NCBI GenBank assembly: GCA_028534125.1
Contig: CM052818.1
Coordinates: 11,596,001 to 11,660,000 of the forward strand
Direction: 5' to 3'
Source: Lama glama
Lineage: Eukaryota
DNA length: 64,000 nucleotides
The notes beneath the pieces were generated by a model. The model did not search any database. It saw nothing but the letters and a program-made list of their open reading frames with translations, and was not told the origin of the DNA. Positions 38,563 through 51,840 of this stretch are shown piece by piece. Position 1 is the stretch's first letter. The number at the start of each line of letters is the position of its first letter. The translations under genes and the position numbers were made by a program.

Positions 38563-38949
38563 ATCAGTACATTATCACCCTGATTATTTCATATTGTTCG
38601 CTGTTTGTTTTGTTGCTCTGCCTTTTCTTCATTGGTATATAATACATTGTGTGAAGACAGGGACCAAGTCTTATATTTTTCTTAGATTTACTTTAACAAA
38701 ATACTATAGACATGGATACACTAGTAAAATAGTTTCTAATGGAGATAAATTACTTTTGAAAGAGTTGACATTATGTCAACAAATACATATAGGGTGTTCA
38801 GCACATGGTAAGTTGTACTAACATCAAACAAACATTCAATGGAAATAAAAACATTTGTTTTCCACCCCAGAGACAAGACAAATATATTTCTGGTAGCAAG
38901 AAATCAATTTTGAAAATAAATGTGGCATTTAAATGTCATAAAAATTTAA

Positions 38950-41145
38950 GAACTTAGAGTTTTGGGAAATTAGATCTTTTCAAAGTGACCATGCTATTTC
39001 AGAGTTCAAGAAGCCAAACTGAGAAAAAGCTAACTAAGCATAGTCTTAATGGTACCACAGACTTTAGAAAAGGTGATTGATTTCAAAGTGTTACATGGAA
39101 AGATAAGCAAGATCTCAGACCAGAGAATCATAAAAACAAGAGCTACTTAAGGCCGTAGGGACACTTTCATAAATGAAGTTCTGATATTATAGATGGGAGA
39201 GAAATCTAAACAGGCCACGTGTCAGGCCAGGGAGCAATCCAACAATTGCAGAATCTGTAAAGGTACATACACTAGCTTAAAGGAAGGTAAATCACCAATG
39301 GTGAAGAGATTGCCTTCCAGGGAGGAGTGGTATCATTTGAGTAGAAAACCCAAAGAGTGTGGAGACTTGTGAGAAACCCTAATGACAACAGAAAGTCTTT
39401 TCAGCTACATTTAGAGCAAGAGGAAGGTGAAAAGTGTTAGAAGGTCTACTTGGAGCAGAAGGTATAAAATAACTGATGACAGAGAAGAAGTAAAGCCATT
39501 CAACTCTTTTTTGCTTTCTCTGTCAAAGAGAGTAAATTTATATATATGTGTGCGTAGGTGGAAAGCTGGGTGACAGAAGAGTTAGTAGTACCTGGAGGTT
39601 GTCAGTAACTTTGTGGCTCATATAAGTAATCTTGCTCAAGACACAGAGAGAACTCACAACTGATATCCTGGACACCCTTCAGGAAAGTGCTGATGGGTCT
39701 GAAGAGAGAACCTATCTTTGACATGAAGGACGATCTAGAGTAATGGACCACAGAACTCTTTCCTTTGATTTGCCCAGCATCAATGATTTGATTCAACATG
39801 TAGATGCTATGTTTACTGAATACTTGGAAGCCTCAAAGCTGAGAAAACTAATACATCAGACGGCACGATGGAGGTGTAGAAAATATCCCAGTATATTGGA
39901 ATGTGGGACTGAATCAAGTAAGATGCAATTTAATAGAGTGAAACCTTCCATTGGACAAAGAGGGAATTATTACAAAAAGTAAAAGATTTAGAAAATGTGG
40001 CCTAGAAGTGGTGGCTTGACTAAAATGCATTTAAGAGTTTTAGTTAGCTGTAAGCTCCATGTGCATCAAAAAATCATGATTTAGCTGCCAAAAATGTTAA
40101 TTCAATCTTAAGCAGCATGAATAGCAGCAAAATTCCAATAATAAAGATAATGGTCCCACTCTACTATTGAAAGTATGACCTACAATATTTTGCTCATTTC
40201 TGAGAGCTATGTTTAAGATGATACATCATTCAATGAATACATTCAAAAAAATGTTATCAAATAGTGTGGAAACTCAAAAATCATATGCTCTGTATAATGA
40301 CTGAAGGAACTGATAGCATTTTATCTGCTTAGAGAAGAAAATTAATACACTGTCTTCAAATATTTGCAAGGCTCTCAGACCAAACTTGTATTGAACATTT
40401 CCTATGTAGATCTAGGTTCCACGAGCAAAAGTTGGAGAAAAGCCATCTTTGATCTGGTAGAGCAGCTCCCAAACCCCTTGAACCTCAAAAAATACTAAGG
40501 ACTGCTATTAGCTTTAATTTATGTGGGCTCTATTTATTGGTAATTGTCATATTTGAAACTGAAAATGAGAAATTGAAAAAATATTTCTTAATTCATTTTT
40601 AAAAATAATAAAGCCATTATATGTAAACAGAAATAAAACTTAAGTGAAAAATAACTTTTCTGGAGACAAAATTAATTTAATAGGAAAAGTGGCATTGTTT
40701 TCCACTTTTTCCAAATCTCTTTAATATCTGGTTCAACAGAAGACAGCCGGATTTCATAGCTGCTTCTGCATTCAGTCTATTGTGATGTCACATGTCACTG
40801 AAAAATTCCATTGTACTCTTGTGGGAGGATGATAACTAAAAACACAAACAATGACTTCATATTATTATGAAAATAGTTTTTGACCCTGAGGGCCGAAAGG
40901 GTTTTTTAGAAACTCTCAGAATCCCCAGATGACCCTTGGAGAACTGCTGGCCCAGCATAAAGAGAAATGATTAATAATTGGAATTATAAAAAATTGACAT
41001 GGATTATCTCATGAGACAACAGTTCTAAGTTCCTGGGGCTGTTGAAGGAAAGGCTGAATTACCACTCAGCAAGAATTCATGTTTAAGGAAGGGAATACAC
41101 GCTAAACCACTATCCCTTCTAAATCTAGTGCCATCATTCTGTTCC
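38950..41145 (+). mobile_element. L3/CR1 LINE remnant (ORF2 to 3' end), interrupted by Charlie4a
   Basis: aagatgcaatttaataga, ttttagttagctgtaagctc, gctgccaaaaatgttaattcaatctta, atggtcccactctact, tgaaggaactg, ctgtcttcaaatatttg; resumes after 40950 with gaaggaaaggctg...cccttctaaatct. Confidence 0.75.
40460..40949 (+). mobile_element. hAT-Charlie element (Charlie4a-like)
   Basis: aaaagtggcattgtttt...aaatctctttaatatctgg...agaagacagccggatt...tgcttctgcattca...tattattatgaaaatagttttt...ggagaactgctg. Confidence 0.85.
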
Positions 41146-42771
41146 AATTTTAGAAACCACTTTTCCACAGAAGCCTGTTTCTAATGGGAGTATCATTTAA
41201 AAAATATCCATGTCTATTAAGTAGGGATATGTAGCATTAGAGTTGCAGGGGAATCGGGTAACCTGAGGCTCCATAACTCGCACATGGCAGAATTTCCTGG
41301 GTGACATTTCTGAGAGGATCAGAGTCATCTACCATCAGAGGCTTAAACCCTTTGGTGATAAACGTTTATTTCAGAAAACTCACCTACTTCCATTCTCTAA
41401 ATGTTACAGACTCTTTCGTTTCCCTAGAAATCTCCCTCTCTTCTACCATTTAGAAGGGCTGCCCAGTAGAACATTCTAGGATGATAGTTCTCCCTCTTCT
41501 ACATGACAGGCCTTCAAACATTTGGAGACAGTGATTAGAATCAGATTAGACGTCTTCCAGGTTACTTCGTGAGATAAGTATGATTTTGTTGGTAGCGTAA
41601 ACTGAAATCTTCTAACAAGTGAGCGAAAAGCTATTCCCCCCCAAAAAAGCATTTTTAGTTTTAAAAAAAGACATATTCCCAGGAAGTTATTGAGACTTTC
41701 TCTTTACAAAAGTTTTTTTTTTAATAGTTCCTTTAAAATACTATGCTGTGTTTCAAAGGAACTCTATAAATCACCCAGATGTCCCCTTTACAGGAACGAT
41801 TAATTTACAAGTCTGAAGTTGACTTGTTGATGGTATTTTTTAATCTATATAAAAATGGAGTTTTCAGGCTGATTTATAGCAGATTAATCAAGGTAGAATA
41901 CAAAGCGATTTTGTGTTTTGTGACGTTACATTATATGAGATCGGATTCAAGTTACTGAACTGATTATTAATGAAAGAAATATGTATTCTGTATCATAACC
42001 TGGAGCCAAAAATCTGTTTATGTTTGAGCTGACCCATCAGTCACAAATGAACTTCTCCGCCCACTCCCCACCCTAATAATAATAGAACAAACTGATCAAC
42101 AGCAGCCTAGGTGCTCAGAAAATACACATTCTAGCAGAGCATGCTAATCAGCATTCACTTTCATGGACACTCAGTTCACACACAATTAAAACCTAGAGCT
42201 CCGCATGCACTCTCAAAAATGCATGAGCAAGGGGAGAAAGATTTGTCCCTGTGGTTGCCTGGGTTTGGAACTACATCTCAATTATGAGTTACTCTCTAGT
42301 ATGCGAATCTCCATCCTCTTGTTTTGTCTAACAAATTTCTCATGTTTTTCTAGGTCTTGGTATAGGAGTTAAATTTGGGGTACCACTTGGGAGTACCACT
42401 TTATAAAAATACAGAACTAACGTAGTCTTTCAGGATGGGAAATGTTTACAATTTTCCAAACTTCAGGAGGTGCTTGTCATCTGAAGTCTTGAACATGAAG
42501 AATAACACATCAGGAAGGAGACTGATTTCCCTTTTTTTGTTGTTTTCTGCATGAAGGGCAGAGTGAAATAACTACAGACTGCTACTTTGTCTAAACTTAG
42601 AACACTCTCCACTTGAGAACAAAGTGAATTCATCTCTCCCAATCATTGCTGTAAATAATATCTGCTTTCCTGCCCATAAACCACTAATATCCTTTTGTTT
42701 TCTAGAAGGTAGGTCCTTAATCCTCCCATTGTCAACTTTTTCACTTACCATAAAAGCCTCCCCCCACCTGC

Positions 42772-43332
42772 TTTTTTTTCACTCAGGTAATATTTACATA
42801 TGGTTAACTGCACAGATCTTAAGAGCACAAGTTGATTTGTTTTGATAAATGTACACACTGTATAACCACTACTTCAATCAAGATAAAGATCACTTCCATC
42901 ACCCAAGGATGTTCTCTCATGTCCCCTTTCCATCAATCATTCCCCCATAGTTTTGCCTGTTCTTCAGCTTCATGGAACAGAACATATGTTATCATGTCAG
43001 GCTCCTTTCCATCAACACAATGTGTTTGAGTTTCATCCATGTTGTTGAATCCGTCTTTATATTGTTGCTAGTACTTCACTTTATGAGTATACCACAATGA
43101 CCTATTCTCCTATCACTGGACACTTGGATTGCTTCAGTTTGGGGCTATTGTGAATAAAGCTGCGGTAAGCTTTCCTATACAAGTCTTTTACTGTAGATGT
43201 AACTTTTCATTTCTCTTGTAAGTATCCAGAGAGGAGTTGCTGAGTTGTAGGGCAGGTCTGAGTTTAACTTCACAAGAAACTCCAGTTTGTATGAGAGTTT
43301 CAATTGTTCCACATCTTCACCAAGATTTGGTG
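42772..43332 (-). mobile_element. L1MB/L1ME 3' end
   Basis: tgcacagatcttaag...ttttgataaatgtacacac...catccatgttgtt...ggacacttggattg...ggggctattgtgaataaagctgc...gtatgagagtttcaattgttccacatc. Confidence 0.88.
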
Positions 43333-43357
43333 ACAGGATGCATCCTCCTTTTTGGGG

Positions 43358-43646
43358 GGCTAGTTTCAATTAAATCAAGTTTCTTATATTAAGTCACTCT
43401 AACATTTTAACCATCAATGCTCATCTAAAAAAATGTTTTGACATTCCCACAAGCTTTCTAAATATGGGTTTTACAGTTTTCACCTGAAATACATGAGAGT
43501 TTTACCTATATATAATATTATCAACCCTTTCTACCCACCCATCCTGACACACATGCTTTTTTAAAGGCTAGTTTTCAATTAGATCAAGATTCTTATATTA
43601 TGTCCCTGAAAATGTTTAATCAGCTTTTATTATCTGAAGAAATGTT
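43358..43646 (+). repeat. Degenerate ~80-bp direct repeat, two copies about 208 bp apart
   Basis: ggctagtttcaattaaatcaagtttcttatattaagtc...atctaaaaaaatgtt (43358-43437) vs ggctagttttcaattagatcaagattcttatattatgtc...atctgaagaaatgtt (43566-43646). Confidence 0.8.
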
Positions 43647-45529
43647 AAATAAAGCATTCTCAAAGGGGAATAAATTATGATTCGTGCTACAGATAGAATT
43701 TTAAAACTGGGTCTTTGATATAATCTGCCCAAAGCCTAAATTTTACAGAACAGGAACCTGAAATACAGTTTAAAGAACTTTCCAAAGGAGATGCACCTAA
43801 CAGAGGCCAAATTAGAACCTTCTCTCACCCTGTCTGACAACCTTAGGACAATTCAACACTGACCTTTATTTTTGGTTCAGATAAAGACTGTCATTCTACT
43901 TTAAGGGGCAAATTTAAGTCCAAATTATCTTTCTATGACTTTCTTCTCTGAAAGCTAATATCAAAAGGTTATTATAAATCTTTACTTTCATGCTATTAAC
44001 AATATCTTGTATTTATTTAATAGAATTTTCAGAAAAAATTAAGATATTTTCTGAGATAGTGGTATACCCTTGGTCAACCTTAAAAGTTGGGAAGGATAAT
44101 TTCCTCATATTTTTTTAAAAGGGCAAATAAAATATAAAGAATTAAGTAATGTCCAAGATCAATGAGGCAAAACTCAGGCTTCCTAACTCAGAAGCTTACC
44201 ACCAAAGCAGACCATTCTTTCTTGCACAGAATTCACTAAATGTTACATGTTCACTATTTTTTATGTGTATTGTTGTGTTCGGTTTTTGAAAATGTAAAAT
44301 TGACCCAACTTTTTACCATGGCACATTTACTCCTGGAGAGCTTTCACATGGAATGGTTATTAGTGTGAAGGAGACATGGCACAAATTGCTTTTTAATCAC
44401 ACTCTCCTGGATGCCCAGGCAGAGCATGCCTGCCCCGAGAGCTCCCCTCTCCAAATGACCTCACCTCGGGCTTTTTTTGTATGCTTTTTTTTTCCCCTGT
44501 GGTGGTGCTAACCAAGCAGGCAAAAGGATGGATTTTTCATAGATTTGTGTCAAAATCAATCATTTTAAAAAGTTGAAAAATCAGTTTTTCAAATCGCCTG
44601 TAACATAAAGAACACTCGATTTGCTATAGATCAAAAAGTTTAATACATTTCAGATGTATTGGATCTACAGAAAAATGGAAGAAATAAGAAAAGTTAACAT
44701 CTCCTAATAGTAAATCCTGAAGAGCCTTTTGGAGTGAGTAGGCAGAATTTATTTTTATGTTATAGAAAACTGGGTGGTTTGAAAACCCAATTTATTGCGT
44801 TATATCATTTTTCTAATATTGTCTTTTCACATGGATTTTCCTCTAACATCAAACATTTTTTAACACCGCTATTTGGGGCAGTTTTTATAAACAATTACAT
44901 TTACCTTGGAAAAACATGAATGTCTTTTATCTCAGGTATTCAAGCCACTGTGTAAAACTTCTATCAACAGAAGCTAAAAAACCTATCATTTGGTTTAGTT
45001 AATATTTGAGTTTGCAGGAGTAAAATCATCAGCTGACAGCAGCTGTGCTCTGTGTGTTAAATCTAGAGCTGGCATTAGTCTATCAGATATGCAAATATTT
45101 ATATCCTCATTGGCTAAGTAAACTGTTCTGCTCTGCAGAAATGATAGGTTTGTTTTGGAATACTATAAGTGACTCCCTTTTCTAATAATGGCTTTTCTTT
45201 TCCTGAAATTCACACATCTAGTTTGAATTTGCCTAAAATTTCCAACACAAAAACTAGCAGAAATCCTTTTATACTAATCAGTAGATGTCAAAGAATTGGT
45301 TAGACCAGGTACAGGAAAAAAAAATTGAAATGTTGATATTCAGTTTTCAAATATACAAATTAAGGAAATCTTAGAAAAACACAATATTCATTTAAAGAAC
45401 TTTATAAAAAGCAAATATATTAGGGTGTAAGTGATAATGAATAAGGATTCAAGTCTTTGCTTTTATGAATATGCCATACTAAATTTAAAAATCTCTTTGT
45501 TTTGGAAAATAGGGCCTTTTTTCCTCTAA

Positions 45530-46185
45530 TTTCATATAATTACAAATAAGCCCATGGCAAATATCCAAATACATATATCTTTGTGTGCACCTCTGATTTT
45601 GTTTCTTTAGGATGAAGTCCTGCAAGTGTAATTGTCAATCTAAGGATATCAACAGTTTTAAAAATCTTGATGCTCATTGCTAGTTGTTCAATCTCTACAA
45701 ACTTCAACTTCTTAAATTGCAAAATGGGATAAATATGACATATCTGGCAAGATCATTAGGAGGGCTAGAGACCAAAGATCTCAAAAATGACTATGTTCTG
45801 TAATGATCTTCTAACTTTTTTTAAAGTGTGGATTTATTTATTAATTTATTATTTATTTTATTAGCAAAAATAATGATTAATTTCCTGGATTCTCAATTTT
45901 TACTTCTAAATATGATCATTATCATCCTCTCAAAGATAAAAATCATCTATGATTTGAACACTATGCTAAGGGTAGATAAATGTATAATCACCAACAGGAT
46001 TAGGATCTTTACACATATTTCTCCTGTACCTCCACCTGTAATGGCTCATGTAACTTTATGAAGGCTGGTATTAATATCACAATTTACAGATGAAGAAATC
46101 AGACCTCAAAGAGGTGAGGTAATCCACCTAAAGACTTCCAGCTACAAGGTAGCTCTGCCCCACTCCAAGTCTGTGCTTCTCCATG
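45530..46185. mobile_element. Cluster of L1M and MIR fragments
   Basis: gtttctttaggatgaagtcctgcaagtgtaattg (L1 antisense); tttacagatgaagaaatcagacctcaaagaggtgaggtaat (MIR antisense). Confidence 0.6.
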
Positions 46186-46199
46186 GCTTGCAACATTAG

Positions 46200-47800
46200 T
46201 CATGCACTGTGTAAAGGAAGGAAAGATTGTTCAAATAGGTCATAAAGGCTTCATCATGAAGATGGCATTTGAATTATGTCCAGCCAAGAAGAAGAAGAAA
46301 ATTCAATGAACAAACAGCAAGAATCAAAACCTTATGGTGGAAAACTATGTTGGTTCACTGAATAACTGCCTTGCGCCAGCCACTGTCCCAGGAGATAGGA
46401 AAGTGTAGACGAAAAGTCACTATTAGCAAGATGTTCACAGCAGGTAAGACAGACTAGCTGGCAAAATTATTGAATTGGTGTGACTCTTATGCTCAGGATG
46501 TCATAAGGCTTAGAGGACAGATACCAAACCCAGTCCAAGACAAAGGGGCCACCTAGGTCGAGCCTTGAAGGATGAGTAAATACAGGCTAAGCAGAGATGC
46601 ATGTAAGAAAGAGCACTCCATGCAGTGCAAGTGGCATGTGCAAAGTTATGAAGACGAAAAAGACCACGACCAATCCTCCAAGGCGCTGAAGGATCAGAAT
46701 TCCTGGAGCACAGATGGGTTTAAGGAGAGAGTATGAAATGATGCTGGTAGAGCCAGATCACCATTCCTTTTGAAACAGTTCTTTTATGTTCCTGTAGGGG
46801 CTTGAACTTCATATTGAAAATATGACTTATTGTTTTATATATATTATTGAACCCTTTTGTTATAATCACTACTACAACAATGGTGACAAAAGTGGCAACT
46901 AATGCCTAATATTCACGCTTCATATGAATAACCTAATTTAACCCTTAAAACATTATGAGGTGAATACCGTTTATTACTATGTGTCAGTCATTGAGTTAGT
47001 CTCTAGACAGAAAGGTAAATAAGAATGGCATGAATTTAAACAGAGAAGGGCATAATCAGATTTGCATTTTCAATGATAATTTTAGCTGGGATTTGGAAGA
47101 TGGCATTGAAAAGTCTATCTGGCAAAATGAAACTGGTTATGAACTATCTTATCTTATCCAGGCAAGATATTATGATGGCTGGATTTAAGGCAGAGTGGTA
47201 GGACTTGAGAAGAGGGAAGAGATTTGAGAGCTACTTAAAAGCAGGTCATGGTTACTAATTAAATATGGAGGACCAGGCAAGGGAGTAATCTGGAATAACA
47301 AGCAGGTCTTGGCTTTAGCTTCTGGGTAGAGGTCATCCTATTCCTCTGAAATAGACAAAACAAGAAGAGGAATAAATTTTATGCAGGAAGATAATGTCTT
47401 TACACTAGAAATGCAGATTTCAGAGTCATAGTTTAGAGGCAGCAAGTCCACAGTCATAGGTATGTGTGAAATCATAATGTAGGAAGAACTAGAAGATGGA
47501 TGATAATGAACTCTGTTGTTTAAGGAGCCATTTATCAATTATTGGGAGTGCTGGTATGTGTATGACTAGAACTCTAAAGCTGAGGGGTAACAATGTGTAT
47601 TCGGAATTATACACATATAAGTGGAAGTTGAACCTGTAAGTGGAAGTGAACTTCTTAACAGAAAGATGATGAATAGAGAGGGAGGATGAAGGTGGAATTA
47701 AGAAAAGTATCTACATATGCTGTATGCGTAGGTAAAGACAACTCTAATGAAAATATAATAAAGAGTTTTATAAACGTGAGAAAATATAAAAACAACGTAA
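46200..47800 (-). mobile_element. Fragmented L2 with MIR piece
   Basis: gccaggcactgtcc-like motif, gagccttgaaggatgagta, cataatcagatttgcatttt, ccaggcaagatattatgatggctgg, gatttgagagctactt. Confidence 0.7.
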
Positions 47801-50800
47801 CATGGCATTTTGTTGACCTAATTATACTCTCAGGCTCAGTTCCTTTTCAGATCACATCACCTGAAAGCAAGAGAGCCAACTATAGCCAAGTGCCACAACC
47901 TTGACCTTGGAAAGGAGTGAAAATAACTGATGGGTGTGAAGAATCAAAACTCCTGATCCTCTAACCAAAAATCACTAACTCTAAACTCCCTTTCTAAAGA
48001 CTCTTCTCAAATTTCTAGCCTAAATACTCATTTCTTTTGATTCCTTTTGATATGCAAAGCAACTAGTTAAAGGTTTTAATTGACATTTTCAAGAACAAGT
48101 CATTGGATCTCACTTGATGTCTTCAAATTGAACTGATATGTTAAAAATTAATCCTGTGGAAACTAGAAAAGCTGTTTTTACATGTGACAGGGAGAAGAGA
48201 CAATCTCAGCTTTACTTACGCTGAGAATAAAAAAAAAAAACTTTTTCTATCATAAGTTTCTCCTTTTTAAGGAGAGATAATGGGTTAGAGACCATTTCCA
48301 CAATTGCTTCTAATGCTATTACTGCCTGAGAAATAATACACCAAGACACTCCTGGCTGCTCTGTTAGCCAGGCTTTCTTAATACACTACTCTATCAAGGT
48401 GAAAATGTTTAGGGTTCTTCAATTCACGGAAGAAATAAATTCCTAACTTGTTGAAGACAAAACCAAATACATATATATATATTACAATATGTATATATAC
48501 TACAATACTTACGATGCTTTATAAACAATTTTTTTTCCTACTTTACAGCAGAAGTACTGTATGGAGATAGTAATCAGCTGTAATTATTGCTTTTGAAAAC
48601 TCAAGCTTTAAAACCCACAGAATACTTTAAAAATAAATGCAGGAAGCTTTGTAAAATACATTTTCTCAATTCAACAAAGGAAAAAAAAAAATCAAACCAG
48701 TTAGGACACTCAAGTGTTATTTGCAGCAATCATGATAAGTCAATTTTGGCTTAAACCATGATTGTTATAAACACTCACAAAACATATTATTTACCAGATG
48801 GCAATCTTACTCAAGCAAACACATAAAACTTATGTTTCATTATTATCAAATAAGGATGAACTTGCCAGTGGGATAACCTCCAGTAGTTAAACAAACACAT
48901 CTCCGCAAAATGAATGCCATGGTTTCCATCATTGGATAAGTATATAGAGTAAAGGAACTATCTTAATATTTAGCAGCACTAGATTATATTCAAGAAACAA
49001 AGCTTACAACAGAATACATACACACATGTAAAATGGCATATTCTTGTCTGCACTAAGACTTGTGCTTTCACTTTCTTAGTAAAAAAGTTATTGCATTTAA
49101 GTGTTCAAAGAAGGAACAGTCTGAAGTTACAGTTTAAGCTAAAACACCTGTATTAAATAAATACTAGTTGACATTATGAAATGTCTAAAGCAATCCTAAG
49201 ACTTTGTTAGTATCCCCTCCACCAAATACATCAGAATCTATCAGGACCTATCACCCACCCACGGAATGCGCACTGTAAAAGTTGTGTTTTGTATGTCATG
49301 ATATCACAGATCAAGGGCGGGATACTGTCTATTTGTGATGAACACCAGATTATCACATCAATGTGTGTATGTTAGTCTGTTTGGAAAGTGACCCTTCTTG
49401 TAAATGGAAATGTTTTTTAAGACGATCATAGAAATTTTAAAATAGTCTCAAAATTAGTTTTTTCTTACATTTCAACAATTAAATAGAATGAGGATTGAGA
49501 GCTTCTTTAAGAGCTTATTTGTTTCCTGGCCACAGCAATCCTCTCAAGCAAGCTGTCAATCAGAAGCTCCATTGTGAAAGGACGCAGATACTCCACGAGC
49601 TTGTACAAGCATGATGAGAGCTATGGGGTATTCCAGGATGGAAATCATCAGAAACTGAGACCATGGACAGAAACCTCAGGACTCGGTGAGAAACGGAAAG
49701 CACACCTCCTCACCTTCTCAGGTCCTCCAAGGCCAGAACTCAGGCACAATGGAATGAAATACTACAGAGCATTTATGTTCAGTAAGACAATAAAAAGTCC
49801 AGATCGCCTCTCTCTAGGCTACCTCACTCACTGTAGTACCTTGTGTTGAAAATATCTGGGTTTTCGCTTTATCTCTGAATTATTTGCTGCAGCAGAAGTT
49901 GGTAAAGTGTCAGCTTTCTGAATGCAAACACACTTCTTCCACACGGAAACAACAGTAGTAAAGACACAAATTCTGGCCTTTGACAAGTCAAATGGATATA
50001 TTAAATTAGAAAAGTATTCTGAAGACTTTCCTCTTCCTCAAATTGTTCTCTAAAACTAATAGTTAAGGGTGGGGACTTCTCATTGGATGACTGGATGGCA
50101 CCAAGACAGAAGACATGCTCCCTCCACAGAGGAGGAGGCAGGCACTCCACCTGGCAGAACATTTCACCTTTGAAGGACAGACTGCCTTTAGATTGCAACT
50201 TCCTTGAGGATCGAGTCTCTCTCTATTACACTCTGAATTGCACCTAAAACACTGAGGACTTTCAAAGAATATTGGTTTGTGACAGACAAAATGGATCACT
50301 TATACAGTACATCAGTACCAAAAACTTTAATGCACTCAAGCAAGGTCATTTCATCATCACCAAGGAGCCAAAGAAAAGACAACTCTATAGAGAGAGAACC
50401 TTTCTGACAGTTGTTCCTTTATGAGTGCTCTCTTAACTTGAACCAAAATTGCACCTGATTCCCGAAACAACAACAAAAACGTATGTGAGGTGCTCACTAC
50501 CTCTAATACCCTGATACATTTACTTGGGGTGTATTTCTCTTTATAAGGTCTATTATACTCATTTCTTGCTGCTGGACACATGGCTGGACACATGGAAACA
50601 CATCCAAAGATCAATTTTTAAGTGACTACTTTATATATATATAGAATTGAAATGTATATTGCTGTTAGTCTTTCTTCTCCTCCCCCAAATTAAATGCTGG
50701 TGGAAATATTTATAAAGCTGATAACACAATTATAGCTTCTAATAAAGACTTTTATTATTCATTGGTATTATAAACGTATTTCCTTTATGTAATTAGCATA

Positions 50801-51649
50801 GCTTCATTACAAAATCATTTGGAAAACTATCTCCCATAAGTCCTCCACCCTTATTACAGCCCCTCTCAGTTCTTACTCTTCCTGCAAGTGATCAACATGT
50901 TATATGAAGAAGTAGTTTTTAGCCCTCATTTATGAGCCTACCACCAGTCATAGAACTGCCCTCCTCCTTGCGACAGGGTGGCAGAACATTCTCTTTGAGA
51001 TCAACTCCAAAAGATCTGTTTTTAAATGAGCCATCATCATATAATTGCCCAACAAGTGCAATCATTTCAATAACTAACTGAATTTTCTCAATTGCAAAGA
51101 CTGATATTCCTTATCAAAAGGAAAAAAAAATTATGGCTACAGAGAAATAGAAATTGAACTTCTTTTCCTACATACTTTACTCCCTCGTGGACAGAAGGGA
51201 TTTGGTGAACAGCGTTTCTCTCTGTTAATATGGCTTGAAATTCTGCAATACATTGGAATAGGCTCTCTCCAGCAGACCACTGGGAAATAGCATCTATATA
51301 CATTTGTGCCACTGGTTCTCATATATATCCCTCAGTGCCCCTGGTTAATAATGTGATATTTCCCTAGATAATGAAAGCCATAGAGCCACGACCCTTTTAA
51401 GCAGAAGGACAGCATGACAATATAAGTTCTGACCTGCCATGAAGTCAGTGTGCAATAGCCTTTCCTCTGCAGCAAATTCAAGAGTGTGGGTGGTTAGAAA
51501 GGCCTCCGGTAGTCGGAATCTGAGCGCCATCTCTGAACTCTGTCAGGAGCTTCCCTATTGGTGTTTAAACTCGGTGGTGCTCAAAAGATGTGTGGGAGTG
51601 TGGGAGATTCTTTACTCTTTCCTCTGCCCATCAGTGAAAAGGGAACAAC

Positions 51650-51840
51650 ACATGGGAATTAAGAGTAAAAGGATCCAGATTCTAATCTCATCCCTGCCGC
51701 TTCAGGGCAGGCTACTTTCTCTTGCCAAACCTCAACTTCCCTACCTGAGAAATGGGGACAATACTAACGTTCATTTCAAGGGGTTGTGGTTGGAATCTAA
51801 GGAGACAGTGTAGCTTTAAGTGTTGTATAAAACTTTTGAG
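51650..51840 (+). mobile_element. MIR SINE
   Basis: gggcaggctactttctcttgccaaacctcaacttccctacctgagaaatggggacaata...aaggggttgtg. Confidence 0.7.

Noticed and set aside
39743..39982. 79-aa ORF
   Set aside because: It lies within the decayed L3/CR1 element and is not a host gene.
50570..50602. Short tandem duplications (ggctggacacat here; similar ones near 1380, 3097, 21252, 47618)
   Set aside because: Two or three adjacent copies with no spacers; ordinary slippage, not an array.
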